Assembly: GCA_963664195.1 (NCBI GenBank)
Contig: OY760907.1
Location: forward strand, 256,001-320,000
DNA length: 64,000 nt
Reading direction: 5' to 3'
Source of the DNA: an uncultured candidate division Zixibacteria bacterium
GTDB taxonomy: Bacteria > Zixibacteria > MSB-5A5 > GN15 > FEB-12
The notes beneath the pieces are model-generated. The model was not told the DNA's origin. It did no database searches and saw only the letters and a list, made by a program, of their open reading frames with translations. Each line of letters starts with the position of its first letter. Positions within the stretch are counted from its first letter, which is position 1. The position numbers were made by a program, and so were the translations under genes. Shown piece by piece: positions 53,601 to 61,317 of the stretch.

Positions 53601-53889
53601 TGATAACCACACCTGGTTCATTGTCGACCGCCGCTATCAGGGCGGCAGTTGTGCCAACTCCCATTAGAACCGTGCGGTCCAATCCGTATTCGCCAATCAG
53701 CGCGATGCTCTTGCCCAGGAGGTCAAGTGTCTCCTGATACGTGCCGGCTGTCACCAACACCGTATCCCCACTCACAGCCGCATCGATGCCAGCTTGAATA
53801 GTAGGTTGATCCGCAGGAACGTGAATGGTGGTCGCTGAAACTGTCGCAGAACTCAGTAGCAGTACAATAGACGCAATGATTGATCGCAT
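47698..53889 (-). CDS. Very large secreted right-handed beta-helix repeat protein with fibronectin-like domains and a dockerin-like tail
   Basis: Signal peptide; four modules with TIQ.(G/A)(I/V)D...GDT(V/I)L...GTY; paired MGDLT..IDHLFISL at the C-terminus. Confidence 0.85.
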   Translation of the reverse strand: MRSIIASIVLLLSSATVSATTIHVPADQPTIQAGIDAAVSGDTVLVTAGTYQETLDLLGKSIALIGEYGLDRTVLMGVGTTAALIAAVDNEPGVVIKGLTFTGSMRGSASAIGVSNAEVSVDSCFFHYLDGPNGAQFAVCVVSTGSATIRRNVFSNNSLWGVIYVDTSSTAQVVNNTVTGNTDAGLSVYGDSSLVANNIVTGCGYYGFYQADNSTITYAYNNIWDNGTDYLNGISPGLGDISVDPMFVDQTGDDVRLLRESPCIDTGDPDPIYNDPDGSRNDMGALPARYYGPIWRVATEGNDTTGDGSQAAPFGTIQHAIDVSIDGDTILVMSGTYSGPGNRDLDPSGKALVILSERGTDSTVINCDGDSVENHRGFYIHSNEDSNTVIIGLTIRGGYSDSRGGGVHIVNASPWFRDCRFVDNSTGHNASYSGGGGVHCLTASPRFSSCVFDSNTTDHDGGGLFVCLSSHPTLDSCAFWNNSAEAGGAVSMYQNCQSQFRHAEFAENTAEVGGAVQTTYESDTSSLWLSCVFRNNSAVTYGGAMSCVGSSPELFQCTMAGNSSAMGSAIACINTSSPTIQESIIAFNLVGEPIECNVSDPASSPALTCSNVFGNEEGDWIGCIQDQLSLRDNLRAAPRFCDTAVGDYGLAANSQCAPGNSECGYRIGAVGVACDSISVVWHVTETGSDSTGDGSEAAPFATIQHAVDASINGDTVLVHDGTYTGEGNQEILLGTRRLVILSENGSSATILDVEDQSARGYVIEEEQDTLTVIQGFTIRNAPVGVYLFSSPLLIDLVLEDNDEGIICNGNPFVRGVVFSFNNIGVDAYGGTIACVQCSFEGNDVGVMMDDGGYMTLDSCTLLNNAKGIELLDGVVACKFCSFNDNTCGTFAISSGGSVAVDSSDFSGNGTAAHGNCDLSNSLISDGARGVVKSTREAASAVGCTFENLDMALEGTGGKKTLDPPRAVWGFDLSDCEITGCDTVAYIVGGDVYEPDRLVLSDCWIHDNGGITTGECHVAMTNTRYENNTSGVNIGYNAFQTVLIQDCAILGNGADALSVSCCDGEVVIRRTVIADNQGNAFSFDGGCHESLDIEDATIVGNAGHGISIADFYELQMTITRSLIAYNAGYGVLCDTLSSDILVSCCDVFDNVGGNYNLMPDQVGTNGNISLDPLFCDTAAGDYHISSCSPCAPDRNECGVLIGALDTACTSYCGPVWHVAVAGDDLEGDGSDVAPFATIQYAVDMAIDGDTVLIQDGTYIGVGNRDIVVYDMSLAVVSESGPESTIIDCQGDSLNPHRGFDIRGDSTNTVSLRGLTIVNGWGSEAEGIESNSGAGGGLLCVTCTMAISNCVFQDNEAGHGAAVYLESAYSTVDSCEFEENTGWVLFSGYDGETTITGTGFIANNGIGLFGLGATDIIAHECRFENNEQSGVELDYCDSVLFTSCSFSSNSSEGVELSGGIGPVHFLGCAFEGNSGAGLRAHYQDGECSLSSCVFRGNALGAAFVQEGEELGVTFDGCHFWANSGSALDIWSDPADLSFTNCTFVRNQSNTNSVIHHWFNEPSTLSLENCLIAFNRGGDPVEFGDPEDSPTGLSLACCDVFGNEAGDYVGQIADYAGANGNISLDPLFCDRAAGGYSLYNTSPCAADNNSCGVLIGAFDVGCSAPVVEVITVDTVGDNQHVLSDDPLIFWSWTDSLGLPQAEFEIAVGTDDDWTYAEMWNPAPFVSSDTFVVYGGSDLVDGVTYWARLRVSNDAAWSEWYEISFRMNSVPSVPTPSSPAGWAVTDGMVTLWLQNALDAELDTLTYDFIAYHDTDCVFGPPIDVQDYPETPDSTGLLVDLTTAENCFYCWRARAFDGYEYGEWSDYECFNISGTPEAPATPVLISPVDQSNGILYDMRPEFFWSWCPDPDPGDTVLYKVELAIDSNFSFVMTVDSLAENRYTPDDSLEFHEQYWWRVTAHDQTSLESVSSVAGWWTWTLGDMDYDHMSSMGDLTLMIDHLFISLTPLDPMITGDLDGDCTVTMGDLTILIDHLFISLNPLTTPGCEAPKATTQSGGKQERERPQSRH

Positions 53890-54022
53890 ATGCTCCCCCA
53901 CGGAGTAAATGGTTTAACCACAACATACTAAGAAGGACATGATTGTCAATAGCAATATGGGCCACGCATCCGACTATGTCCCACAAGACCAATCAACTAA
54001 AGCCACTGCATTCAGTGGAGTG

Positions 54023-54262
54023 CTACAACTGTTCCTGCGCCTTCCACAGAAGCCTATATACTGCATTGCGATACGTCTTGAGATATTGTGCGATCTCACA
54101 CACGGTGAAACCATAGCATCGAAGCAGGATCACATGCTTGAGTCTGCGATCAACGTCAGGGTATTCTTCTGATATCATCGCCACAACGTCGGGTAGGACG
54201 CGGTTAGCTGACGATAGGGCGCCTCTGGGAGACAGTCCTTTGCTCTTGCGTCTAGTCTTCAT
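54023..54262 (-). CDS. Small sigma70 region-4-like HTH protein
   Basis: VILLRCYGFTVCEIAQYLKTYRNAVYRLLWKA. Confidence 0.55.
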   Translation of the reverse strand: MKTRRKSKGLSPRGALSSANRVLPDVVAMISEEYPDVDRRLKHVILLRCYGFTVCEIAQYLKTYRNAVYRLLWKAQEQL

Positions 54263-54710
54263 TGTTCGTAAACCTCGTGCGGTTGAAAGTCTCTGCCCGA
54301 CCAAGTTTCTCCGAACTTAGTCTGAGCAGTCTTTTTCGTTTGCTGGATAATCGTATCTGCAAGACTGGATCTGCCACCACATCAATCATGGTTGAGTCAG
54401 GCTTCACTACTGTAACTCGGTAGCGATCACATTCGCCGAGTTTAGGATTGTCTGCAACAACGAAACCTTTCAGCGGATCGCCAACCTTTCCATCCGCCCC
54501 ATGACAGATGATCCTCTCCAACGTACTTGTACTGCCGACAGATGTTGTCCTGGCAGCGTGCTTGTCCACCGGGATGCCAGCCGCGTTGCAGGGGTGCGCT
54601 CTCTCGTATCTGTGCCACTGCTGCTGCCATTTGGCCAAATACTTGTACGCCAGGCGATACTGCCGAGGAGTCACGTAGTGAAACTTGCGTGTATTGCTGC
54701 TTTGTCCCAT
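54252..54710 (-). CDS. Hypothetical protein in the replication operon
   Basis: AGAGG RBS before MGQSS; operonic spacing. Confidence 0.45.
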   Translation of the reverse strand: MGQSSNTRKFHYVTPRQYRLAYKYLAKWQQQWHRYERAHPCNAAGIPVDKHAARTTSVGSTSTLERIICHGADGKVGDPLKGFVVADNPKLGECDRYRVTVVKPDSTMIDVVADPVLQIRLSSKRKRLLRLSSEKLGRAETFNRTRFTNNED

Positions 54711-54724
54711 GCTCGAATGCGCCT

Positions 54725-54937
54725 CTAGAATCCAAACTGTTTGATGTCTATTTTGTGGGTCATTCTGCCGGCTGTTGATCGTTGCTGAACCCACTTCTCT
54801 ATCTCAGGCATATTGAATCTCACGAACTTGCCTATCTTTGCATGTGGGATGAATCCCTGATGCGTCCACTGGTAGATGGTGGAGACTTTGACACCGAGAA
54901 GGTCGGCTATCTGTTGAGGCGTAAGAAGAGCATCCAT
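54725..54937 (-). CDS. Excisionase/AlpA-like HTH_17 protein
   Basis: LLTPQQIADLLGVKVSTIYQW...IPHAKIGKFVRF. Confidence 0.9.
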   Translation of the reverse strand: MDALLTPQQIADLLGVKVSTIYQWTHQGFIPHAKIGKFVRFNMPEIEKWVQQRSTAGRMTHKIDIKQFGF

Positions 54938-56976
54938 TATGACTGCTCCCCTGTTTCTGACAGATCCGCGAGCCGGTAGAATGCTGACTTGCTGCCTCTG
55001 CCTCCATCCGGTCTCTTGTCAACTCTCTCGATCTTGCCTTCATTGACCAGATGTTTGAGCCCGTTGTCGATAAGCTTCTCCCCAACACCGCCTCCTTGGC
55101 CTTTGGAGACGATGTCCTTGCGCGCCACAAGGTCTCTTTCAGACAGGCAATCCAGTATGACGGGGACTGCTCTCTGAACCTGTTCGGAGACTCTAGCCTC
55201 CCTGACATCTCCGGCGTACACTAGCTGAATCTTGCCAAGTCGTGGCTCACGAAGCTTGAAAGTGAAAGCCGGAATCTCTCTGCCATATCGAGACTTGCTG
55301 TGCTCAACTTTGAGGACATCTCCTGCCTGGCTGACGGACAGTTGGCAATCCACCGCAGCCGATTTCTCGCTTGATCCTCGCAGAGCATGTTGAGAGCTTG
55401 TCGCATTCTCCCCGGGTTTGCGATTGTGATCCGCGAAGACGAAGAAGCAGTGATGTTCTCTCACCAGTTCCTTCACCGATTCGAACACACGCTTCATTTC
55501 AGACGCCGAGTTCTCCTCTGCGCTGTGGAACCGTATGAGAGAATCACAGATAACTAGCTTGGGGCGATATCTTTCAAGGTTGACTTCAAGGATGGACAGC
55601 CTCCTGCTGTCTGTGAAAGAGACTCCTTGACCTACAAGGAAGTGTATGTCCTCAATGGGCTCAGGCTTGCCGCCCGCCACTAGCTGTCGACATCGCTTGC
55701 CCAACAAAGGAGGGTAGGATTCCTCATCCACATACAGTACTGGCCCTTGCAGAGTCTGAAACTGATTGAACCACTTCCCTCCTGCGGCACATGTAAGGGT
55801 AAGATCCAGGACCAACCATGATTTTCCTATTCCGGGAGCCCCTCCTATGATCGCAATCCCCTCAGTCGGAAACAGGCTCTCGACCAACCACGGTATCTCC
55901 TTGTCTGCTTGACTTAGAAGCTGAGCAAAAGGAATGGCCGTTTCTGACCTGATTTCTTGATTTCCTATATATATAGGGGCGGAAACCGGAAACCGAGTCG
56001 TCGACGGATAGCGATCACATATTCCGTCCACCACAGTTTGGAGTTCGTCTGGTGGGAAACCAACCTGCGAGGCGTGCGGAACTAACAGGGCCGCAATGTC
56101 TTCCGGGGACCATCCGTCACGATGTAGTCTTCCCGTAATCTTGGCAAATGTACTGTTTCTGTTGCCATCAGACAGGTTCTTGAGCCCTTCGCCTATCCAC
56201 CCCGGCTTGTTTCTCACGACCTGATTTCCACTATCATTTGGCAATCGGGTCGCAGCCAGATCGACTGATTCAGCTATTCGGAGAAGAAATGGATGCGGGT
56301 TCAGGTCTCCCCGCTCAGGATACGCGACATGAGGTACCCCTGCGGCCTTCTGAGCCTTCTCACGAATCTGATCGATCGACCAGGCAGTGAACTCCTCCAG
56401 AGTCAGCTTTGTCTTGAAAAGGCCGCTGTCTCTGTGCTTGGTGTTCGGAACTCGCCAGAGCTGGTTGCGCTGGTAGATACACGTGTCGATAGTGATGCCT
56501 TCGGCGAGTTTTTTAGCAATACGGCCTATCTTGGCAGGCAGATCAGATGAAGGCCCTAACCCGAATAGCTGGGACGGGATTCCGATATGGAAGCCCTTAC
56601 AGCCAGAGAAGTAGATGTCGAGATTCCGAACGATCTCATCTCCCTGCTCTTTCAGTCGCCCGACCAGTTCTCTTCCCCACCCAAGCGCCTCTGCCGGATC
56701 GCTGGAATCGATATCGAACCACACGAAGTCAGAGTAGCATTCGACCGGAGGGCATTTGGAGACGGAGCCTATACGTTGACAATGCTCCTGGTAGGCTTCC
56801 GGGAAGCGGAACATGCCTGTGAAACAGTTAGACGTATTGACTGGAATACTGAGCTCGTTGACGTCTACTACTCTATTGCGCCGCTTGACGCCCCCGAAGG
56901 CGGTGTCGATGAATCGATGGTCGCGGCAATGCGTGAGATACTGTTGCGTGATCTGTCTAGTTGATCTGCTGTCCAT
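54937..56976 (-). CDS. Primase-helicase: AEP-like prim-pol, PriCT-like domain and RecA-fold AAA_25 helicase
   Basis: WFDID, FSGCKGFH, GNRNSTF, GAPGIGKS, YVDEE, ICDSL, LRGSS. Confidence 0.88.
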   Translation of the reverse strand: MDSRSTRQITQQYLTHCRDHRFIDTAFGGVKRRNRVVDVNELSIPVNTSNCFTGMFRFPEAYQEHCQRIGSVSKCPPVECYSDFVWFDIDSSDPAEALGWGRELVGRLKEQGDEIVRNLDIYFSGCKGFHIGIPSQLFGLGPSSDLPAKIGRIAKKLAEGITIDTCIYQRNQLWRVPNTKHRDSGLFKTKLTLEEFTAWSIDQIREKAQKAAGVPHVAYPERGDLNPHPFLLRIAESVDLAATRLPNDSGNQVVRNKPGWIGEGLKNLSDGNRNSTFAKITGRLHRDGWSPEDIAALLVPHASQVGFPPDELQTVVDGICDRYPSTTRFPVSAPIYIGNQEIRSETAIPFAQLLSQADKEIPWLVESLFPTEGIAIIGGAPGIGKSWLVLDLTLTCAAGGKWFNQFQTLQGPVLYVDEESYPPLLGKRCRQLVAGGKPEPIEDIHFLVGQGVSFTDSRRLSILEVNLERYRPKLVICDSLIRFHSAEENSASEMKRVFESVKELVREHHCFFVFADHNRKPGENATSSQHALRGSSEKSAAVDCQLSVSQAGDVLKVEHSKSRYGREIPAFTFKLREPRLGKIQLVYAGDVREARVSEQVQRAVPVILDCLSERDLVARKDIVSKGQGGGVGEKLIDNGLKHLVNEGKIERVDKRPDGGRGSKSAFYRLADLSETGEQS

Positions 56977-57104
56977 GACAGCAAACTACGACTAGCGGTG
57001 GGGCAACAGGCTGTACATGGCACAGTACAATTGCCGAGATCGCCGTACATTTGCCTGTACAACCGGTGCAACACGTCCACTTGCGTGGTACTGGATTCTG
57101 TCCG

Positions 57105-59189
57105 TCAGATATTCAGCCGGTAGGTGCCTTTGCTCCCCCCGTTACGAATGAGCTTCTCTCGAGCATCCTTGTTCCTGAATATATCTCGAAGAGACTTGTG
57201 AGAGGACTCCAAACTTCCGGTGGCGACTTCCACGAGAGTCGACAGCCCCACATCGGGAGTCCCATTCTTGTGTTCCTCGTGAAGCAGACGAATCACAGCG
57301 GCTTGCATTTGTGTCAACGGGTAGGTTGCTCCGCGGAGGCGCACTGAGCGATAGCCTTTGCTGGCATAAAAACCGTCAATTGGTGGCTCGGATCGATCCT
57401 GTTGGCTATTACCTGTCTCTTGGCACTCAACCCCAACAGGCGTTGGCTCTGGAGAACGATCCGCAAGCTTTGTGCCGGAATCAGACTGTGAGTCAGTCCC
57501 CTCGACACTCAGGAGAACCTCTACCTTCATCCGCAGAGACAGAAGACTCTCCTTAACGAATGCTGTTCTATCAGTCGACCATCCACCGGGCCCGTTTTCG
57601 TAGTCGTGGATTACTATACCTAACTCCATCGGGATCAGCATTGAAAGGGCATCTTCCGGTACCGGGCCTGTTCGGTGCCACTTGGGAAGGGTTCGGACCT
57701 CCAACTTCGTGCGGGGATGCAGTCTCGTCGCGCGGCCAAAGAATACCAAAACGAACTCTTGGCCTTGTTCCATGCAGCAATAGTCGTACTGGAACGGGTT
57801 CCTCTTGCACCACTTGAGGCCAACATGGTTCAGCAACTCAAACAGACGCTCGATCTGCTCCTCCGATTCAGGCGTGTTTCCTGAGGGCTCGGCCATTGCG
57901 TCAGGAGTGCTCTCTATCGCTATTATCTTATCGCACTGCGTAATGATCTCATTCAGGATGTGGGTAGCGTCTTCAGGCACGCACTGCGAGAGCGAGACCA
58001 AATCGCTCCTTCCGACATCGCGTTTCGCGGATGACGAAATCGAAGTGGTGCTTTCTTCATGTATCTCGACCAGTCTTCGCAAATACTCCAAGTCAGCTTT
58101 GATACTCTCGACGAATGTCTTCTCCCAAAATCCCATCTTTCGGTCGTCCGTATTGATGGAACCATACAACAACAGAGCTATCTCCTCCGGGACACTGTGC
58201 CGAGCAAGATGGCTGGGGATGGGCGTCTTGTTCGGCCAGAGCAGAAGGTGCGGTGAGCCACTTCCGCCGAACGGTTCTGGAGCCTCCTCGCGCCGAGCAA
58301 AAACCAGATCATAAGGATAGACATAGCAGTCGAAAAGGAGTGGGTCGATCCCGCACCACCTATAGGCAGCCAGCATTAGTTCGTAAGCCAGCTTGAAGAT
58401 CATCTCATGCGGACTCCCATGGTCTCCCTCAAGCAAAACATCCCAGAGGTCGGCGTCCTCAGGGTAGCACTCTAGGGCGTATGCTGCTATCTCAATGATC
58501 TCGTCGAGAATGGACAGAGCGTTTTGCGGCACTGTCAGAAGCGTGCTGCGCTTGGTGCTGGGACTCAATTGTCCATCTGTAACGGGCTGCAGCGATGCGG
58601 AATTCCTCGCAGACTTCCCCTCATTGCGAACCATCACCTTGTTTCTCAGTGATTCAAAGTCGCCAAGCATCAACGTCAAGTTCACATCCGTAAGGAACTG
58701 AATGTGCAAGTGAGATCCGCCGATCCACAAGTGAAGAATGTTTCTTAACTCATGCGGCACATAATGTCGATATAATGTCTGGGGGATCTCTGTATCATTG
58801 GGCCAGACCGAGAATACTGGAACACTGACCCCCGTCCCAACTGAATGTGGGGCCTCCTCGCGCCGCGCAAATACCAGACAGCAGTTCGCTCGATCTCCAT
58901 GTAGATAACAATCGTAAACCAGAGGATCCATGGCGCACCAACGGTGCGGCAAGAGGTTCAGCGAGTCCACCAACCTGAAGTGTTTCTGTCCTGGATAGTC
59001 ATCAATGTCTTCCGGGGCGGAATCATCGACTGATTCCTCTTCGCCATCGGACAGAATAGCTTCGATTTGCTTGATTACGTCATTTAGAATGGCTTCTGCC
59101 GCGTCTGGGACCGTTACTTCTTTCATGTTCTTCCCCACAATTCCTCGATTGACGACTCGCATAATACGACATTCCTGTCCAGTATGCAA
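57105..59189 (-). CDS. Protein with three tandem ~190-aa repeats of an unrecognised domain and a C-terminal winged helix
   Basis: VP..A..IL..(V/I)I...WC..(D/N)P..(Y/F)D...LVF occurs three times; LTQMQAAVIRLL...GTYRL at the C-terminus; start may be ~59126. Confidence 0.7.
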   Translation of the reverse strand: MHTGQECRIMRVVNRGIVGKNMKEVTVPDAAEAILNDVIKQIEAILSDGEEESVDDSAPEDIDDYPGQKHFRLVDSLNLLPHRWCAMDPLVYDCYLHGDRANCCLVFARREEAPHSVGTGVSVPVFSVWPNDTEIPQTLYRHYVPHELRNILHLWIGGSHLHIQFLTDVNLTLMLGDFESLRNKVMVRNEGKSARNSASLQPVTDGQLSPSTKRSTLLTVPQNALSILDEIIEIAAYALECYPEDADLWDVLLEGDHGSPHEMIFKLAYELMLAAYRWCGIDPLLFDCYVYPYDLVFARREEAPEPFGGSGSPHLLLWPNKTPIPSHLARHSVPEEIALLLYGSINTDDRKMGFWEKTFVESIKADLEYLRRLVEIHEESTTSISSSAKRDVGRSDLVSLSQCVPEDATHILNEIITQCDKIIAIESTPDAMAEPSGNTPESEEQIERLFELLNHVGLKWCKRNPFQYDYCCMEQGQEFVLVFFGRATRLHPRTKLEVRTLPKWHRTGPVPEDALSMLIPMELGIVIHDYENGPGGWSTDRTAFVKESLLSLRMKVEVLLSVEGTDSQSDSGTKLADRSPEPTPVGVECQETGNSQQDRSEPPIDGFYASKGYRSVRLRGATYPLTQMQAAVIRLLHEEHKNGTPDVGLSTLVEVATGSLESSHKSLRDIFRNKDAREKLIRNGGSKGTYRLNI

Positions 59190-59349
59190 TCAACGTGGCC
59201 CTAGGGATATCTATCTGCAGCATGCCGCGTTGGTAATGTGAAATCGAGAGTACTGCGCGGGGCTTCAGGTGCTGAGCAGGGGGGGGGGGGAGAGCGCATT
59301 CCCGATTTGTGGTGAGGCTATCCCGCAGAGAGTCAGCAATCCCTGCCCA

Positions 59350-60441
59350 TCAGAACGAAAGCTTATTGACCGCTCCCGCCAGATGATCCGGGGCCAGGTG
59401 TGCATAGATCATCGTGGTCTGGATGTCCGCATGGCCAAGAAGTTCTTTCACAGACGGCAGATCTACACCGCTCATCACCAAGTGGCTGGCAAAAGTATGG
59501 CGACGTGTGTGGATCTTAGTCACATCTTCCAGGCCGGCCGCCACTGCGGTCTTAATCAACGCCTTGCGGAGCTTGGTCTTCAGTTTGCCACCATCTACAC
59601 TTGGAAACACATACTGCTGGTCTTTTGCTCCCTTTGGCTTGTGACCCTTCAGCAACTTCACCATCCCTTCGTTGAGAGGAACCTGCCGTTCACCCGCCTT
59701 AGGTTGCCAGTCGCCCTTCTTGCGAACGTGAAGAATCGTCCGCTTCAGATCAACATCCCTCCATTGCAGATTGATGAGTTCGCCGAGCCTCAGACCGGTA
59801 TTCAGAAACGTATAGAAGATCGGATGGAGTTTGCGATCCGCTGCACCAAGCAGCCTCTCGCACTCCTCCCGCGTCAGAAATCTTGGCTCAGCCTCCTCCT
59901 GTATCCGGAAGTAGGTAACATCTTCCAGCGGATTCTGTCGGCAAAGCCCCCTCTTGCGAGCAAATGTGAAAATCGATTTGAGCGTCTTCAACTCATAGTT
60001 GATTGTCTTGGGACTCCCGGCCATCGCATTTGGACGAATCTTGATGGGAAAGTCATCGGGCAGGACGAGTGTTCTGGGGTCAGTGTCTTTCCGAAATTTC
60101 TTGTACTGCTCAATCGTTACGAGATCCAACTGAGATACGCGTTCGATATTCGGGTGTCTCAGCAGAAGGAAGAACTTGAAATTGGCGATTACCTGCGAGT
60201 ATCGCAGGGTCGTACGGGGGGCATGATTCGTATCGGAATAGTCGAGGTAGTGCGAGAAGGCTTGCTCCAGTGTGCCGTCGGGCACGTCGAGATCGAACTC
60301 CTGGCGAGTGATCTTCACTTCCAGATCTTTGAGGACTAACTCCGCAGTTCGTTTGGACCGGCCGATCCGACGACGAACTCGTTTGCCATTGGCCATGACG
60401 TTGACGTAGTAGACTCCAGCTCGTTTATAGATTGATCCCAT
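59350..60441 (-). CDS. Phage-type tyrosine integrase of island A
   Basis: GGAGG RBS; N-terminal arm-binding-like domain; GLRLGE, HTRRH, LGH, TMIYAH. Confidence 0.95.
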   Translation of the reverse strand: MGSIYKRAGVYYVNVMANGKRVRRRIGRSKRTAELVLKDLEVKITRQEFDLDVPDGTLEQAFSHYLDYSDTNHAPRTTLRYSQVIANFKFFLLLRHPNIERVSQLDLVTIEQYKKFRKDTDPRTLVLPDDFPIKIRPNAMAGSPKTINYELKTLKSIFTFARKRGLCRQNPLEDVTYFRIQEEAEPRFLTREECERLLGAADRKLHPIFYTFLNTGLRLGELINLQWRDVDLKRTILHVRKKGDWQPKAGERQVPLNEGMVKLLKGHKPKGAKDQQYVFPSVDGGKLKTKLRKALIKTAVAAGLEDVTKIHTRRHTFASHLVMSGVDLPSVKELLGHADIQTTMIYAHLAPDHLAGAVNKLSF

Positions 60442-60544
60442 AGAAGAACCCTCCGAAATCGATGTCACAAAATGGGCACAGCCCGCGACTACAGGAAGGT
60501 ACGAATTTCGTAAGTGGTTGTCAATGATTGGCTTAATAAAAAAA

Positions 60545-60618
60545 TAGCGGAGCAGGGACTTGAACCCCGGACACGCGGATTATGATTCCGCTGCTCTAAC
60601 CAGCTGAGCTACTCCGCC
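60545..60618 (-). tRNA. tRNA-Met(CAT), probably elongator; CCA not encoded
   Basis: GGCGGAGTAGCTCAGCTGGTTAGAGCAGCGGAATCATAATCCGCGTGTCCGGGGTTCAAGTCCCTGCTCCGCTA folds as a cloverleaf. Confidence 0.96.
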
Positions 60619-60644
60619 ATTACAAATCGAATATGCGAGCCAAG

Positions 60645-60672
60645 AATTTACACGATTTCCTGATTATGTCAA
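60645..60672 (-). promoter_or_regulatory. sigma70-like promoter of the tRNA
   Basis: TTGACA-N16-TAAATT. Confidence 0.55.
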
Positions 60673-60908
60673 GGAAATTGTAGCGGACGCTCAAACCGGC
60701 CAATCGCCAACGGCTGTCTTCAGACCTGCGAGGACACTGCCCTCAAGAGTAAGACCAGATTTCGCTGTCGCTCCTCCTACAGGCTTCAAAATAGACAGTC
60801 CCTCCCCCGCCAGTTCCATGCCTCTTTGATGGCCCCGTCGTTTATGGCGACGCACATCCCAAGATCCCAAGACCCCACGACCGCGTCCCCGAGCGCCAAG
60901 CCAGACAC

Positions 60909-61045
60909 AAAAAAGACAGCCCGCCGAAACGAGCTGTCTTCAGATTCGAAAAAGGAGTTTCCCCTCACATGGAAACTCCTTCTTCCCCACCTCTTAAATA
61001 CCCTTCACCGCCATACTGCGTATATTTAAGAGTAACTAACTGCAC
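60909..61045 (-). ncRNA. Candidate sigma54-dependent small RNA (~135 nt, three hairpins)
   Basis: Lies downstream of an exact sigma54 site; stems 60991-61032 and 60952-60981; terminator 60913-60940 plus T6. Confidence 0.6.
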
Positions 61046-61056
61046 CCTCGTAATAG

Positions 61057-61071
61057 GCAAGTCAGGTGCCA
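61057..61071 (-). promoter_or_regulatory. sigma54 promoter
   Basis: TGGCAC-CTGAC-TTGC; IHF-like TAACAATAGGTTA at 61100-61112. Confidence 0.75.
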
Positions 61072-61273
61072 AACCGGAATCTCGTCCAACGATTCACCGT
61101 AACCTATTGTTATAAAGAGACATACTGAACACAGCCGACAAGCCGCTCCCATACGGCGCTCTCACAATATCGCAGCAAATGCGCCAATCCAATCGCGCAG
61201 ACACGGCGGAACACGACCTATCTTATTTGTATACAGTTATTTACCGAACGCACGATCTGCGGCCGGAAAAGCA

Positions 61274-61302
61274 GCAAAACGCCCAATAATTGGGCGTTTT
61301 GC
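61274..61302. terminator. Hairpin downstream of lpdA
   Basis: gcaaaacgcccaat-a-attgggcgttttgc. Confidence 0.6.
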
Positions 61303-61317
61303 GTTAATATCTGCGTT

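Larger units (their letters stand above)
23789..60575. mobile_element. Island A: ~36.8-kb tyrosine-integrase element at tRNA-Met with prim-pol/Xis core and large cargo
   Basis: 33-bp direct repeats; integrase next to the tRNA; arm-like motifs gtcacaaatcggtcacaa (23951-23968) and gtcacaaaatgggcaca (60464-60480). Confidence 0.9.

Noticed and set aside
59279..59290. G12 tract as a phase-variation switch
   Set aside because: Intergenic with no clear promoter context; homopolymer length is unreliable without reads
59269..60339. 356-aa plus-strand ORF
   Set aside because: Antisense shadow of the integrase
60786..60968. 60-aa ORF in the sRNA region
   Set aside because: Runs through an intrinsic terminator, its RBS is sequestered in a stem, and it has no protein-like features
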